DNA of 64,000 nucleotides. Source: Candidatus Heimdallarchaeota archaeon. Lineage in GTDB: Archaea; Asgardarchaeota; Heimdallarchaeia; Heimdallarchaeales; Heimdallarchaeaceae. Of this stretch, positions 28,386-38,739 are shown piece after piece. Every line of letters begins with the position of its first letter. Position 1 is the first letter of the stretch. The translations under genes were made by a program, and so were the position numbers. The notes beneath the pieces are model-generated. The model saw only the letters and a program-made list of their open reading frames with translations. It was not told the DNA's origin and ran no database searches. Location: assembly GCA_018238545.1 (NCBI GenBank), contig JABCTC010000005.1, forward strand, positions 42,066 through 106,065, written 5' to 3'.

Positions 28386-29368
28386 TAGAATTCATCTTTC
28401 GGACCTATGTAAGTATATGTAACTGGGTCTGATTTCTCGTTTTTCTGAACCTTCTTCTCATCAATTAGTTTATTGAGATGTGCTTCCATATTCACTTTTG
28501 GAGCCATCATCATATAGGGATGATACCAAACTATTCCTTGTGAAGAATGTACTCTTTCAATTAACTCATCTCGAGTAATATATTTTTGCTCAGTCATTGC
28601 CATTAAGAGCTGGCTCTCAAACTGCATGAATGATTCTTTAACATCGCGGATGTATGGAGAAATGTGTCTAGCTTCTTGATAACCATCATGAGCAGGACAT
28701 AAAACGGAAATTTTAGCCTTTTCAAGGAATTCTATGTTCTTGAACCATTTTTTATAGTTTCCAGTATAATCAATGATATAACAACTTGGAAGGGCAGGAT
28801 AGATATTAAGGGCATCACCGGTAAACATAGTGCGTTCAGTTGTAGAGAAAAACATACTATGCCCAAAGCTTGTCCCATCAAAATTTACAACCATTATTTT
28901 AGTATCTCCAATATCGAATTTATCTCCATCTTTGAAATAAATGTCAGGTTTAAATTTATCCAAATCATCAAAAGGATCTTTTTTCACTGCAAAATAAAGG
29001 CGCTCTTTTCTCGAAAACTTGAAATTCACTGCCCTTAATTCATCCTTAGGATCTTCCATTACGCTCTTTAGTTTTTCATGTATAGCAACTTGAGCATTTG
29101 GAAAAATTTTCTTTAGTTTGTAAACACCACCCATTATATCGGGATATGCATGTGTCAAAAAGATATATTTTACATCTTTTACATCCTTGCCTTTGTTGAA
29201 GATAGCTTCTTGGAAATCAGTTTCAATTGTTCCACGTTTTCCAGTATTTATAATTGCAAAAGAATCCTTTCCAACTATATATCCACGGTTTTTTTCTCCT
29301 CCATCTCCCGATGGTCCTTCAACTACAGTTAATCTTTCATTGATATCGTGTATAGAGTCTCTTATCAT
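28382..29368 (-). CDS. MBL-fold hydrolase-like protein with degenerate metal motif
   Basis: IFLTHAYPDIMGG (HxHxDH position), FTGD, CPAH; C-terminal wHTH-like extension. ATG 29368 follows a GGTG RBS. Confidence 0.8.
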   Translation of the reverse strand: MIRDSIHDINERLTVVEGPSGDGGEKNRGYIVGKDSFAIINTGKRGTIETDFQEAIFNKGKDVKDVKYIFLTHAYPDIMGGVYKLKKIFPNAQVAIHEKLKSVMEDPKDELRAVNFKFSRKERLYFAVKKDPFDDLDKFKPDIYFKDGDKFDIGDTKIMVVNFDGTSFGHSMFFSTTERTMFTGDALNIYPALPSCYIIDYTGNYKKWFKNIEFLEKAKISVLCPAHDGYQEARHISPYIRDVKESFMQFESQLLMAMTEQKYITRDELIERVHSSQGIVWYHPYMMMAPKVNMEAHLNKLIDEKKVQKNEKSDPVTYTYIGPKDEFY

Positions 29369-29381
29369 TATGAACACCTAA

Positions 29382-30206
29382 TTATCTTGCTTCTGCAAGA
29401 ATATTTGCAACTGTTTTGCTTACTTTCTTCATTCTATCAATTTCTACAGACTTCTCTTGTTTATATTTCCCATATTCTTTTTCTGAAATCTCACCTGTTT
29501 GTGAGTTGACATAAAGAATCTCTAGATCTCTTTGCAAAGTTTTCATCTTTTTCTCTAAAGCGTCAAAGGTCTTTCGCATCTTTGCTAGTTCAACATTGAG
29601 CTTGAGTTCTAGATTTTTGATGTTTTTCTTGAATTTAGTTTCCATTTCCTCTAGTGTAGCTCTACTGACTGCTTTGTCTCCCTTAAGACCACTTAGTTTT
29701 TTGAGTTTCTTCTTTTCATTATTTCTGTCTTCTATTATTTCTTCTATAGGCAAAATAGCTGAAAAGTTCTCAAATTGGTCTTCTAGAACAGAAACACTTT
29801 CAACCTCTTCCTTCAATTCTTTTATTCTAGGTAAGGCTTCATTTCTAGGAATGAGTTTGTTTTTGACACGATCAAGTAGTTTGTTGATTTCGTCATCTAA
29901 ATCGGTTTTCTTCTTAAGAAGAGCATTATAATCTTCTCTTTTAACAATGACATCAGCAATTCGCTCTACTAGCTCGTCATCTGTTAGCTCTTTCTTCTCT
30001 TCTTCTTCAACTTTGACTTCTTCAACTTCTAAAGGCTCATAAAGCATTCCAGTTGGCGATTCAGGATCTTCCGTAGCTATTTCAACGACTTCGTCCTTTA
30101 CAATAAACTCCTCAGGATCTTCTTTATGAACTAATCTTGCACCACATTTTCGACAAAAATTCCATTGAGATTGAACGGGGTTTCTGCAGTAATGACATTC
30201 TACCAT
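29382..30206 (-). CDS. Zinc-ribbon plus CdvA-like coiled-coil protein
   Basis: CHYC-x10-CRKCG; coiled coil with LEILYV..QTGEISEKEY. Confidence 0.6.
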   Translation of the reverse strand: MVECHYCRNPVQSQWNFCRKCGARLVHKEDPEEFIVKDEVVEIATEDPESPTGMLYEPLEVEEVKVEEEEKKELTDDELVERIADVIVKREDYNALLKKKTDLDDEINKLLDRVKNKLIPRNEALPRIKELKEEVESVSVLEDQFENFSAILPIEEIIEDRNNEKKKLKKLSGLKGDKAVSRATLEEMETKFKKNIKNLELKLNVELAKMRKTFDALEKKMKTLQRDLEILYVNSQTGEISEKEYGKYKQEKSVEIDRMKKVSKTVANILAEAR

Positions 30207-30276
30207 ACAATTCACCTTTCTTAAGATAGAAAAGAGGTTATCCTTAAAAAAGATAATCTTTTGCAGACATATAATT

Positions 30277-30834
30277 ATGTATAAAATAGCAATTTGTTCA
30301 AAAAATCCAGTGAAAATTCAAGCTGCAAAGGAAGCTTGTGAATCTTACTTCAAAGAAATTGAGTACAAAACTTTAGATTTGAGTCAATACGAGGGTGTTT
30401 CAAGCCAACCAATGTCATCTGAGGAAACACTAAAATCTGCGTTAAGAAGACTGAAAATCGCAAGAACGTTAGAAGAAGCGGATTATTACATTAGTCTTGA
30501 AGGAGGATTAAACAGAGATTTTTATGGATCCTTTCTCACATGGTACATTTGTGTAGGCAATAAGAAGGGGGAGGAATCTATTGCAGGGGGAGGTAGGATG
30601 GCAGTACCATCAATCATTTATGATACTCTTATTAACAATCCGGAAAAAGAGCTTGGGGAAATAATGGATGAACTAATTGGAGAGAATAATATTAAACAGA
30701 AGGGTGGAAGTACAGCAATATTTACTGATAATAGAATAATGAGAAAGGATGTCTTTAAACGAGATATTATACTAGCCTTTGTTCCATTTGTAAATACAAC
30801 TTTTAGAAGGATTGAAAATATAACGAACACCTAG
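30277..30834 (+). CDS. yjjX: Inosine/xanthosine triphosphatase (DUF84)
   Basis: SKNPVKI.A, GVSSQP, LEGG, ELGEIMD, KQKGG...FT...R. Confidence 0.9.
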   Translation: MYKIAICSKNPVKIQAAKEACESYFKEIEYKTLDLSQYEGVSSQPMSSEETLKSALRRLKIARTLEEADYYISLEGGLNRDFYGSFLTWYICVGNKKGEESIAGGGRMAVPSIIYDTLINNPEKELGEIMDELIGENNIKQKGGSTAIFTDNRIMRKDVFKRDIILAFVPFVNTTFRRIENITNT

Positions 30835-30918
30835 ATATCAAAAAAAAAAAATTTGTATAAAAAGCACATTTTATAAATGTTATATGTGATTCTCAAACAA
30901 ATAGAGATATGTGATATT

Positions 30919-31164
30919 ATGAAAGACAAAGTGCAAGCAACTTTAAACGAAATCCGAGTAGCTCTCCAACAAGATGGTGGAGATATTGAGCTTAAAGAGG
31001 TTGATGAGGAAACAGGAACAGTCCGTGTTGAGCTTCAAGGTGCATGTAGAGGTTGTCCCTATAGTCAACTAACACTTACAGGTTATGTTGAAAAAGTTCT
31101 AAAGGAAAGGGTTCCTGGCGTCAAAGAAGTTGTAAATGTCAACTTAGAAGCGATGCAAACCTAG
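30919..31164 (+). CDS. NifU/Nfu-like Fe-S carrier
   Basis: IR..LQQDGGDIEL, GACRGCP.SQLTL. Confidence 0.92.
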   Translation: MKDKVQATLNEIRVALQQDGGDIELKEVDEETGTVRVELQGACRGCPYSQLTLTGYVEKVLKERVPGVKEVVNVNLEAMQT

Positions 31165-31233
31165 AAAGACTTACATAAAGTTTTTTTATTCAATTATTCT
31201 TACTTCTATTGTTATTAACAGAGGACACTATAA

Positions 31234-33768
31234 ATGCCAAATACGCTTCCTGCAGAAATCTTAGCTCATCAAAATAGAATCAGTCCAGAGATACGTGAAT
31301 TTTTCATTGAAACATTGCAAGGAACTTTTACCCCAGAGGCATCCGTACAATTAGGTAGGACATTATGGCATATTGTTGATGATCCTGTTTATGAGGGGGA
31401 TGAAGAATTAAAGTATCTTGCAAGCAAGATTGGAGTAATGGTTGGTCAATATGACCTTGCAATAAAGTGTATTACTGATTCTATTATTGGTACCAAAGTA
31501 TGGGGTAGTGTTGCTCTTTTTGAGATTGGTGAAATAGACCAAGCATTCAGTAACTTACAAGATGTGATTGAGAATGAAAATACTGACTTCTTGCCTCTTA
31601 TAGAAGCCATTTTTTGGATAGTATACATTAAATATCTAATTGGAGATACAGAAAATCTAGAATCTTATAAAAATAGGTTGAATGAGATTTTTACTGAAAG
31701 GAATATTAGACTATTGCCTCAACACCTTCATCAAATTAAAGATTTTATTGAAGGAATTATTGAATTACAATCTGCCAACAACATATCAGGTTTGAAGAGG
31801 ATTGAAGATTTTTTGGAAGATAGAGAAGCAGTATCTGATCAGTATTGGCAACTATTAGCCCTCCTTACTCTTGGAGAACAAACTTTAGATTCATCTGATT
31901 ATATTTCCTCAGGAAAAATCTATTCAAAATCAAAATTACTTGGAACTAATCTTTCTAATATTTCTCTCACTAGTGCTGCTGAAATAGGTTTAATCCATGT
32001 TCATTATCTTAAAGGGGAACTCAAAGCAGGAAATATCTTATCTGCACAGACTATTGATAGATTACAAGGCATGTCCCAATACTATCTTGGAAAAGCTCAT
32101 TTTGCTAAAGGTAGAATCTTAGCAAAACTAGGTCACCATCAAATGGCAAGAAATAGTTTCAATACATCGTATTCTTTGGCAAAACAATATCGAGATTATA
32201 ACAGAGCTTTTCTCTCTTTAATTGCAACCGCTGACAATTATATTTCAATAAATGAAAGAGAAAAAGCTCAAGAATTATACGATAAAGCTTACAATCAAAT
32301 TGTTAATATTGCTAATAAAAGACAATTCGCAAAAGCATTAGTACAGATTGCTGTAGGAGACATTCGCCAAGGAAACATTCAAAGTGCTACAATAAGAGTT
32401 AATCAGATTGAAACACTTTCTGAAGAAATTCTATATCAAAAAGGTAAAACAGATGCTCTGAGATTAAGAGCTCAAATTGCCATAAGCTTAAATGAAGATA
32501 TTAAAAAGCAGATTTTCATTCTCAAAGCCTGTCAAATTCTATATCTAGAAGTTGGTGACGAGGAAAGTAATGCAAATTGCGACATTTTAATAGCAGAAGC
32601 AAATACTCGAATTGGTAATATAAATGAAGCTGCTTCGCATTTAGAGAATGCAAAGAATTTCTATCTGAAGATATCAGAAAGCTTGAAAATCGCAGAAATT
32701 AAAGAACTGCAATCCTCTTTTGATTTAGAAGAGGGTAGATTTGATGAAGCTCTTGTTAAACTCCGATCCGCATACAGTCACTATTCAGACATATTTGATC
32801 GAAATAGAAGAGTCAGATGTTTAAGAAAAGTTGCAGATATTCTAGCAATTAAGGGAGACTTCCGAGAGAGTATTAGTAGATACAAAAAAGTTGAAGGAAT
32901 GATAGGAGAGACAGAGAACATAGTAGAAAAGGTAATCATCAACCTAAACAAAGCTAGGATTTACCTATATGAAGAAAAATTTGCACAATCCTTGGAATCT
33001 TACAAAATCGCTGAAAGTTTCTTAATTGAACACAAAATTAAGGAAGTTCTTAATGAGGTTCTTGTTGAAAAGGGCTTACTTTACATCTACAGTGGTGATT
33101 TTGAATTATTAGAAGAGACACTCAAACAGATTAAAGAGCAATTTGAAGACAAGGACGAATTTGAATTAACAAAGAAGTTCCTCTATGCCCTGAAACATAT
33201 AAAAATGGAACAATTCAGCGAAGCTTATTCATATTTAACAGAAGTTTTACAGAAAACATTTGAAAACGAACATCTAATGTCTGCGAGTATATTGTTCAAT
33301 TTGATTTTTGTGATAGTCAAATTAAATATTGAAAATCTAACAGAATCGTTTGTTGTAGAAGAAATAAATAACTATTTTGGATTTATCAGTAGCATTACAC
33401 ATGAATTCGATTATTTTTATTTAAAGGGGTTAGGTTTTCTTGTTGAATTACTGTGGAGAGTTATAGAAAAAGGAGATAGAGATTATAATGAGATATTGGT
33501 ACAAGCTTCTGAATACTATGCAGGTACTGGTATTGAGATTTTTGGAAGTAGCCTTCTGGTGCTACAATACAACATTGGTTTATGGGAAAATCAAGAGGAT
33601 TTAAGATTAAAAGAAATACTTGGGATAGTGAAAAAATATGGCTCTAAAGAAGAAGCGTTTTTAGAATTCTTGGAGGATTCTACAAGAGCTATGTTAATTG
33701 AAAAACTACTAGAAACAGAAAAAAACCTTTTGGAAAGTATGTTGAAAGAAGAATCATCAAAAGAATAA
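31234..33768 (+). CDS. Large TPR-repeat protein
   Basis: Repeated ~40-aa helical units with small residue/aromatic TPR pattern (G..Y..A...Y..A). Confidence 0.8.
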   Translation: MPNTLPAEILAHQNRISPEIREFFIETLQGTFTPEASVQLGRTLWHIVDDPVYEGDEELKYLASKIGVMVGQYDLAIKCITDSIIGTKVWGSVALFEIGEIDQAFSNLQDVIENENTDFLPLIEAIFWIVYIKYLIGDTENLESYKNRLNEIFTERNIRLLPQHLHQIKDFIEGIIELQSANNISGLKRIEDFLEDREAVSDQYWQLLALLTLGEQTLDSSDYISSGKIYSKSKLLGTNLSNISLTSAAEIGLIHVHYLKGELKAGNILSAQTIDRLQGMSQYYLGKAHFAKGRILAKLGHHQMARNSFNTSYSLAKQYRDYNRAFLSLIATADNYISINEREKAQELYDKAYNQIVNIANKRQFAKALVQIAVGDIRQGNIQSATIRVNQIETLSEEILYQKGKTDALRLRAQIAISLNEDIKKQIFILKACQILYLEVGDEESNANCDILIAEANTRIGNINEAASHLENAKNFYLKISESLKIAEIKELQSSFDLEEGRFDEALVKLRSAYSHYSDIFDRNRRVRCLRKVADILAIKGDFRESISRYKKVEGMIGETENIVEKVIINLNKARIYLYEEKFAQSLESYKIAESFLIEHKIKEVLNEVLVEKGLLYIYSGDFELLEETLKQIKEQFEDKDEFELTKKFLYALKHIKMEQFSEAYSYLTEVLQKTFENEHLMSASILFNLIFVIVKLNIENLTESFVVEEINNYFGFISSITHEFDYFYLKGLGFLVELLWRVIEKGDRDYNEILVQASEYYAGTGIEIFGSSLLVLQYNIGLWENQEDLRLKEILGIVKKYGSKEEAFLEFLEDSTRAMLIEKLLETEKNLLESMLKEESSKE

Positions 33769-33775
33769 ATTTTTC

Positions 33776-35068
33776 TTATTTCAAACTTTCAAGAGCTTTT
33801 TCAACAACCTGAGAAGACAAACCAATATAATTTAAGGGGTCAAGAATTCTATCAATATCTTCTAAACTGAAAAATTTCATTATAACAGCATCGTTTTTTA
33901 CAGCTTCAACAAAGTTTTCTTCATTTGATAGTTGCTTCAACAGTTCATGAGCTTGCTGCCTTCCTAATTTACTAGCTAATTCAATCATGAGGTTCTCAGC
34001 ACATTGAGCTCCTTTACGTAGATAGAGATTAATTTTAATTTTATCTGAATTTAGATGTAAAGATTTCAGAACACTATTCATTTGAAGGAGAATGTAATGA
34101 GTTAAGATAGATGTTTCTGCTAAAATAACTCTTTCTGAACTAGAGTTAGTTAAATCTCTTTCATGTTCTAAACAAATATTATCAAGTCCTGTCTGAATGT
34201 TACCCCGTATAACACGTGCTAATCCACAAATCCTTTCACTTTTTTCCGGATTCCTTTTTTGTGGCATTGTTGAAGATCCAACCTGAGTTTTAATGAAAGA
34301 TTCTCTAACCTCATCAATTTCAGTTCTTTGTAAATTTCTAATTTCTCTAGCAAAATGATCTAGAACGGTTGCGATAAGACCTAGTCCATAAATGTAGTTA
34401 GAGTAAACAACTCTACTAACAACTTGCGTAGTAATAGGTAAGCGATTTAATCCCAATCTTTCTAAAACTATTTTTTCAATTTCCATAGTTCGGAATGATG
34501 CGTAAGTACCAACGGCTCCTGACATCTTTCCAAAATTTATATCTGCATTCTCCAATGTTTTTTTTGCCAAACTCAATTCATTTAAGAAATTAGCGAATTT
34601 CATTCCGTAGGTCGTAGGAATAGCATGAATACCGTGTGTTCTCCCTATACATGCAAGATTTTTGTATTTCAATGCCAGCTTAGCAGAAATGTTCATGGTT
34701 TCTATAATTGATTCAAGAATCAACTCCTTTGCTTCGAGCAGTTGTAAACCTCTGACTGTATCTTGAATATCATATGAAGTAGCACCTAGATGTATATATC
34801 CCCCTTCTTCTCCACACTGTTCTGATATAGCTAGTACTACGCTCATCAAATCATGATGAATTTCCTCTTCAATTTCCTTAACTCTTTCAAGTTTAACGAA
34901 ACTAGGTGAACACTTCTCTTTGATAACTTCATAAGCTCTTTCTGGTATTTTACCAGTTTTATAATTTGCATAAGCTAATTCTTTCTCAACAAGGAGCTGA
35001 AGTTCAAACTTTTTTTGTTCTGAAAACACTTTTTTCATTGATGTTTCATATCTACTTATTTCAAGCAT
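33776..35068 (-). CDS. purB: Adenylosuccinate lyase
   Basis: HHD, HLGATSYD, GRTHG.HA.PTT.G, GSSTMPQKRNP..SE, HERDL. Confidence 0.96.
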   Translation of the reverse strand: MLEISRYETSMKKVFSEQKKFELQLLVEKELAYANYKTGKIPERAYEVIKEKCSPSFVKLERVKEIEEEIHHDLMSVVLAISEQCGEEGGYIHLGATSYDIQDTVRGLQLLEAKELILESIIETMNISAKLALKYKNLACIGRTHGIHAIPTTYGMKFANFLNELSLAKKTLENADINFGKMSGAVGTYASFRTMEIEKIVLERLGLNRLPITTQVVSRVVYSNYIYGLGLIATVLDHFAREIRNLQRTEIDEVRESFIKTQVGSSTMPQKRNPEKSERICGLARVIRGNIQTGLDNICLEHERDLTNSSSERVILAETSILTHYILLQMNSVLKSLHLNSDKIKINLYLRKGAQCAENLMIELASKLGRQQAHELLKQLSNEENFVEAVKNDAVIMKFFSLEDIDRILDPLNYIGLSSQVVEKALESLK

Positions 35069-35148
35069 ATTGAACCCTCATTCAAACAAACTACAAATAG
35101 CGCATGTCAATATAAGTTTGACCGATAAAAACAAAAAGAAGAGGAAAA

Positions 35149-36480
35149 TCAGGTAAATGCTTTCTTTTTCCTTATTATTATAACTATGATAAGCAACGTA
35201 GGGACTACAATCAAGAAGGTGTATGCATCTGTTTCGTCTGTATTTGTAACTGGTCTATAAGTTAAATCGAAATTATATGTTTCTGAATGCACCGTTACAT
35301 TTGAGGCTTCTGAATGTACTGATATACATGTTGCATTAGTAATAGTCATTGTAGAAAAACTTCTGTAAAAGAGTGGGGCTTGTCTGTGATAGACGGTGTA
35401 ACCTGCCCTAGAAAAGTCATACGAATGTATATGTCCAAATGCTGCAAATTCTATTGGGAATGATTTGATAAGATCTCCAGCATTATTATTAAAGTCGTAA
35501 TGATAATAAAGTACATTTGCAGTTCCACTATTTTCACTCAAAATAACTCTTAACTGCTGCATTTCAGCTGAATTCAGTCCCTCAAAGGAAGAACCAAATC
35601 CAACAAAATTCCAATCTAGATAAGAGAAGTTTTGATACCTAAGTGGTCCAAGATAATTATACCAGTTTTCTACTAAATTATCGGGTACAAGGTTAGATGG
35701 AGAAAATTCATGATTTCCATGAATAAGATAAACTGGTAAATTAAGTGTGTCAAGAGCCCATAAACCGAGTTTTAATTGTATTTCAGATCTTAGAGGTTTC
35801 CCAGTTTCAGGATCTACAAAAACTGTTGTTGGACCCTGAATTAAATCACCGGTACATATAATAAAATCAGGATTCAATTTCCTTACTTTTTCCATTTCTT
35901 CAAGATTGATATCAGTCGTGTTAGTATCACTCAATAGTGCTGGGAAATGGAGGTCAGATATATGAATAAAATTGAAGGGATATTGCTTACTTTCAACAAG
36001 TTTTACAGAATGAGTTTGATAATCGTCACCCATACTGCAGTTTAATTGAAGATCATACAAACCCTCTATTTGATCGGAGGGCAATGTCTTGAATAGCCAT
36101 GTTTCATTAACATATTCTAAATCAACTATATCCATAGAAATCGCTGTACTACCATTAATTAGTTTAATATTCCAATTTGTTGCATCTGCAGAGGTGTTTA
36201 CAATGATATTAATCTGCTCTCCAAAGATAGCTATTTTCGGATTGGCTTTATTTGGATATTGTATTAAGCCAAAGGGTCTAGCAGCTAAATGATAACGTGG
36301 AAATGAGGTTTCATTGAAGAATTCCTCAGAGGAAGTTGCATTATATCGTTCTTCTAGCTCGATTAAAGGGAATTGATTTTGAGATTCAGCAATAACGTTA
36401 CTAGAGTATCCGTTAAATGAAACTGCAGAAGAAATGAAGAAAACACATAATATTACTGCGATGAGAGATTTCGATTTCAT
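35149..36480 (-). CDS. Secreted calcineurin-like metallophosphoesterase with C-terminal anchor
   Basis: SDLH, TGDL, HGNHE, GHIH motifs; signal peptide from ATG 36480; TM and RKKK tail. Confidence 0.88.
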   Translation of the reverse strand: MKSKSLIAVILCVFFISSAVSFNGYSSNVIAESQNQFPLIELEERYNATSSEEFFNETSFPRYHLAARPFGLIQYPNKANPKIAIFGEQINIIVNTSADATNWNIKLINGSTAISMDIVDLEYVNETWLFKTLPSDQIEGLYDLQLNCSMGDDYQTHSVKLVESKQYPFNFIHISDLHFPALLSDTNTTDINLEEMEKVRKLNPDFIICTGDLIQGPTTVFVDPETGKPLRSEIQLKLGLWALDTLNLPVYLIHGNHEFSPSNLVPDNLVENWYNYLGPLRYQNFSYLDWNFVGFGSSFEGLNSAEMQQLRVILSENSGTANVLYYHYDFNNNAGDLIKSFPIEFAAFGHIHSYDFSRAGYTVYHRQAPLFYRSFSTMTITNATCISVHSEASNVTVHSETYNFDLTYRPVTNTDETDAYTFLIVVPTLLIIVIIIRKKKAFT

Positions 36481-36592
36481 ATAGAACATATAAATTCTTT
36501 GTTGAAAAAGATTACTGAATTTTGAGAAAGTAAAGTGTAATTTGTTTCCTCGATGCAAAACCTTTTTTTGAGACAATAACATAAACATAATT

Positions 36593-37624
36593 ATGCCTCA
36601 TGAGAGAATGGCCCATAATCTTAATCAAAGCATTTTTGCTATTTTAGTTGGAACTATCTTTAGCTGGCTCATAATCGCCCTATTTAGTATGAATGCACTA
36701 ATTCTAGTTATTTTCGAAATTCCACTAGCAATTCTAGTAGAATTATATGTGGTAACAGAATGTGTCTATTTGTATAAAGATGAAGTTTCAATACAAACAA
36801 CTTTCAATATGCTTAAATCATTGTTTAAATCTTTACTAATCTCAATACCTATTGTAATATTCTACAGCGCTATAATTTTGATACTTCATAATTCCATTGC
36901 AAGCTTAAACAGCGCACTTGAACCATTGTTTTCGGAAACAATCCAAGGTTTAGAGGTATTTCTAGCTATTCCACTTATAAATTTCATTCCTATCTTCATT
37001 ATGATTTTCTTTACACCTTTTCTATTGTTCTTCTATGGAAAAGTACACATTTTGATATGGGGAAAGTCAAAGGAAAGGAAAGAGGAAGATCAAGCAGAAT
37101 TCGAAGCTAAGGAAGAAGAAGTACACAGACAGAAAACATCTGAAATAATGAAAATATTGGATGATAGTATGGTACAATTGCAACAATACTTGTTAGAATT
37201 ACAAGCATTCGATTCCACAATTAATTCAATAAACGATCAGGAAACCTATAAAACAGTCACTATGCGATTAACCATGATGAAAGATTATATTGTCTCACTT
37301 GGTATAGATGAAACTAAAGAGAATAAATCATTTCTGAAGAAGAAGGAAATTAGCAACAAAATTAAAGAAATTGATATGCAAAAAGCGACAATTACTGATA
37401 TTATTGAACAAAAAGCTAAGAAGCTTAAGAAGGAAAAAGGAATTTTCGAAAAAGATGAGCAACAAGATGAATACATAAAAGGTGGATCTAAGAAGAAAAA
37501 GAAAGAGTCACCTGAACCTCCTGAAGAGAAGAAAGAGTCACCTGAACCTCCTGAAGAGAAGAAAGAGTTACCTGAACCTCCTGAAGAGAAGAAAGATGAA
37601 AAAAATGAAGAAAACGGAGAATAG
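36593..37624 (+). CDS. Membrane protein with charged coiled-coil and Pro/Glu repeat tail
   Basis: 4 TM helices, coiled coil, (KESPEPPEEK)3. Confidence 0.75.
   Translation: MPHERMAHNLNQSIFAILVGTIFSWLIIALFSMNALILVIFEIPLAILVELYVVTECVYLYKDEVSIQTTFNMLKSLFKSLLISIPIVIFYSAIILILHNSIASLNSALEPLFSETIQGLEVFLAIPLINFIPIFIMIFFTPFLLFFYGKVHILIWGKSKERKEEDQAEFEAKEEEVHRQKTSEIMKILDDSMVQLQQYLLELQAFDSTINSINDQETYKTVTMRLTMMKDYIVSLGIDETKENKSFLKKKEISNKIKEIDMQKATITDIIEQKAKKLKKEKGIFEKDEQQDEYIKGGSKKKKKESPEPPEEKKESPEPPEEKKELPEPPEEKKDEKNEENGE
37501..37596 (+). repeat. 30-bp tandem repeat x3.2 (coding)
   Basis: GAAAGAGTCACCTGAACCTCCTGAAGAGAA at 37501, 37531, 37561 (one C->T). Confidence 0.95.
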
Positions 37625-37630
37625 TTTTCT

Positions 37631-38290
37631 TTATGCTTTTTTGTATGCTTCTAGTACTTTTTCTACAAAATTGTCTTCGGGATATGCTCCCTCGAATTGA
37701 ATAGTACCTTCGTCAATTACTGTTTTTGGAACACCCATTACATAGAACTTCTGAGATAACTCTGGAAATTCAGTTGCTTCAATCATTTCACCAACAATAT
37801 TTGAATTTGCCATCGCTAGTTTATGAGCCATTCTGACCGCTGCGGGGCAGTAGGGGCATGTTGGAGTAACAAATACTTGAATCTTCATTGGTTTATCGAT
37901 TTTAGCTATCTTATCTATATTTTCTTGTTTAAGGGAAACTTTACGTGCTGAAATATCCAGAATATCCTCAACAATAGTTCCAAATTCATAACCACTTGGA
38001 ATTCCGCTAAAAATCACATTATGTTCTATATCACCATGAAGAATAATAGTTGGGTATCTTTCAACATTATATTTTTTAGCTTCTGGAGGATCATCTTCTC
38101 TATTAAACTCCTCTATAACAATCATATTTTCAGGAGCTAATTCAGCTAAAAGCTCCAAAAGTTCTTTTGTTTGAGCACATGTCAAACAACGATCTTTATC
38201 AACAAATAGCTTTGCTATAACTTTATTTTCCATGTGTTGGAAAATCTCTTTAACTTGTCTTTTGATATTGTCATCAACTTCTAAGGACAT
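37631..38290 (-). CDS. Protein disulfide oxidoreductase (two thioredoxin folds)
   Basis: CLTC and CPYC active sites, GIPSGYEF, V.GVP. Confidence 0.92.
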   Translation of the reverse strand: MSLEVDDNIKRQVKEIFQHMENKVIAKLFVDKDRCLTCAQTKELLELLAELAPENMIVIEEFNREDDPPEAKKYNVERYPTIILHGDIEHNVIFSGIPSGYEFGTIVEDILDISARKVSLKQENIDKIAKIDKPMKIQVFVTPTCPYCPAAVRMAHKLAMANSNIVGEMIEATEFPELSQKFYVMGVPKTVIDEGTIQFEGAYPEDNFVEKVLEAYKKA

Positions 38291-38303
38291 TGTTTATCAC
38301 CAG

Positions 38304-38324
38304 TGTGTGTCATTTATGCACACA
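38304..38324. promoter_or_regulatory. Imperfect palindrome between TATA-like box and PDO start
   Basis: TGTGTG-T-CAT-TT-ATG-CACACA; TTTTAAAA ~38346-38353 and GGTGA RBS on the minus strand. Confidence 0.45.
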
Positions 38325-38398
38325 GGTAAACAAATAGGCTTTTTCTTTTAAAGCTTTTGCTTGAACTAATATAAAAAAAGATGATGAATGATTTTATT

Positions 38399-38671
38399 TT
38401 ACCCAGTTCTCTTAATTATATGATAGCCGAATTCAGTTTTTACAACGTCTGATAATTCTCCTTTTGCGAGCGAAAATGCTGCTTTCTCAAATTCTTTAAC
38501 CATTTTACCACGTGTAAAGAAACCTAAACTTCCGCCTTTTTTACCAGATGAACAAAGTGAGTGGGTCTTAGCTAATTCTGCAAACTCTGTACCACTTTGG
38601 ATTTCCTTTAGTAATCTATCTGCCTCAGATCGTTTCTTAACGAGAATGTGGCTTGCTTTTATTTTTGACAT
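38399..38671 (-). CDS. ppiC: Single-domain parvulin peptidyl-prolyl isomerase
   Basis: ASHILV, FAELAK.HS.CSS.KKGG.LG, MVKEFE.AAF, VKTEFGYHII. Confidence 0.93.
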   Translation of the reverse strand: MSKIKASHILVKKRSEADRLLKEIQSGTEFAELAKTHSLCSSGKKGGSLGFFTRGKMVKEFEKAAFSLAKGELSDVVKTEFGYHIIKRTG

Positions 38672-38739
38672 ATTAACACCAAATTTCCTTTCCGCAAGAT
38701 ATTAAAAAAGTATTTGATTTGTAATAAATCAAGATTCTT

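Noticed and set aside
37501-37596. 30-bp repeats as a CRISPR array
   Set aside because: Head-to-tail with no spacers, in frame within a CDS.
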